Shown here piece by piece: positions 63,887 through 64,000 of a DNA stretch of 64,000 nt. Under the pieces are notes generated by a model, which saw only the letters and a list, made by a program, of their open reading frames with translations, made no database searches and was not told the origin of the DNA. Numbering within the stretch: position 1 is the first letter of the stretch; every line of letters begins with the position of its first letter. Position numbers and translations under genes: made by a program. The stretch spans positions 5,270,001 through 5,334,000 of the forward strand of contig JBHGNT010000018.1 of the NCBI GenBank assembly GCA_043228905.1, read 5' to 3'. The stretch comes from Azolla caroliniana. Taxonomy: Eukaryota; Plantae; Polypodiophyta.

Positions 63887-64000
63887 AGAGAATTAGACAC
63901 TCATGATAAAACCCTTGTTATCTAGAGCTAAAGCTAGTTTGGGCCAAACTGGTTTAGGCTTGATTGGTTTGGCTCAAATCGGTTAAGCCTTCCAATTGGG

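Overview
Eukaryotic land-plant nuclear DNA. It is AT-rich with GT-AG introns and many transposon relics; the PPR style and long TE-filled introns suggest a seed-free plant such as a fern, which is inference only. Five host genes can be reconstructed by hand: COX11 (minus, 6 exons), VPS2/ESCRT-III (minus, 11 exons), an RFI2/IPI1-like RING-H2 E3 ligase (minus, 6 exons, ~10.1 kb first intron), a ubiquitin-RPL40 fusion (plus, 5 exons) and an intronless PLS-E PPR gene (plus). Mobile DNA includes an intact, young 7.1 kb Ty3/gypsy chromovirus (471-bp LTRs, 5-bp TSD, Met PBS, single gag-pol-chromo ORF), two solo LTRs with TSDs, two hAT-type MITEs with 8-bp TSDs, several LINE fragments and a decayed copia. 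The less ordinary items are: a 469-bp TG..CA LTR-like element whose ends are ~120-bp inverted repeats; an inverted, decayed copy of part of the PPR gene 54 kb away; a repeat family sitting co-oriented just upstream of two housekeeping genes; a dup-inv-dup hairpin in the RPL40 promoter; and a G-type lectin (SLG-EGF-PAN) pseudogene. I see no clear evidence of a new multi-gene system. All alignments and splice models were made by eye.
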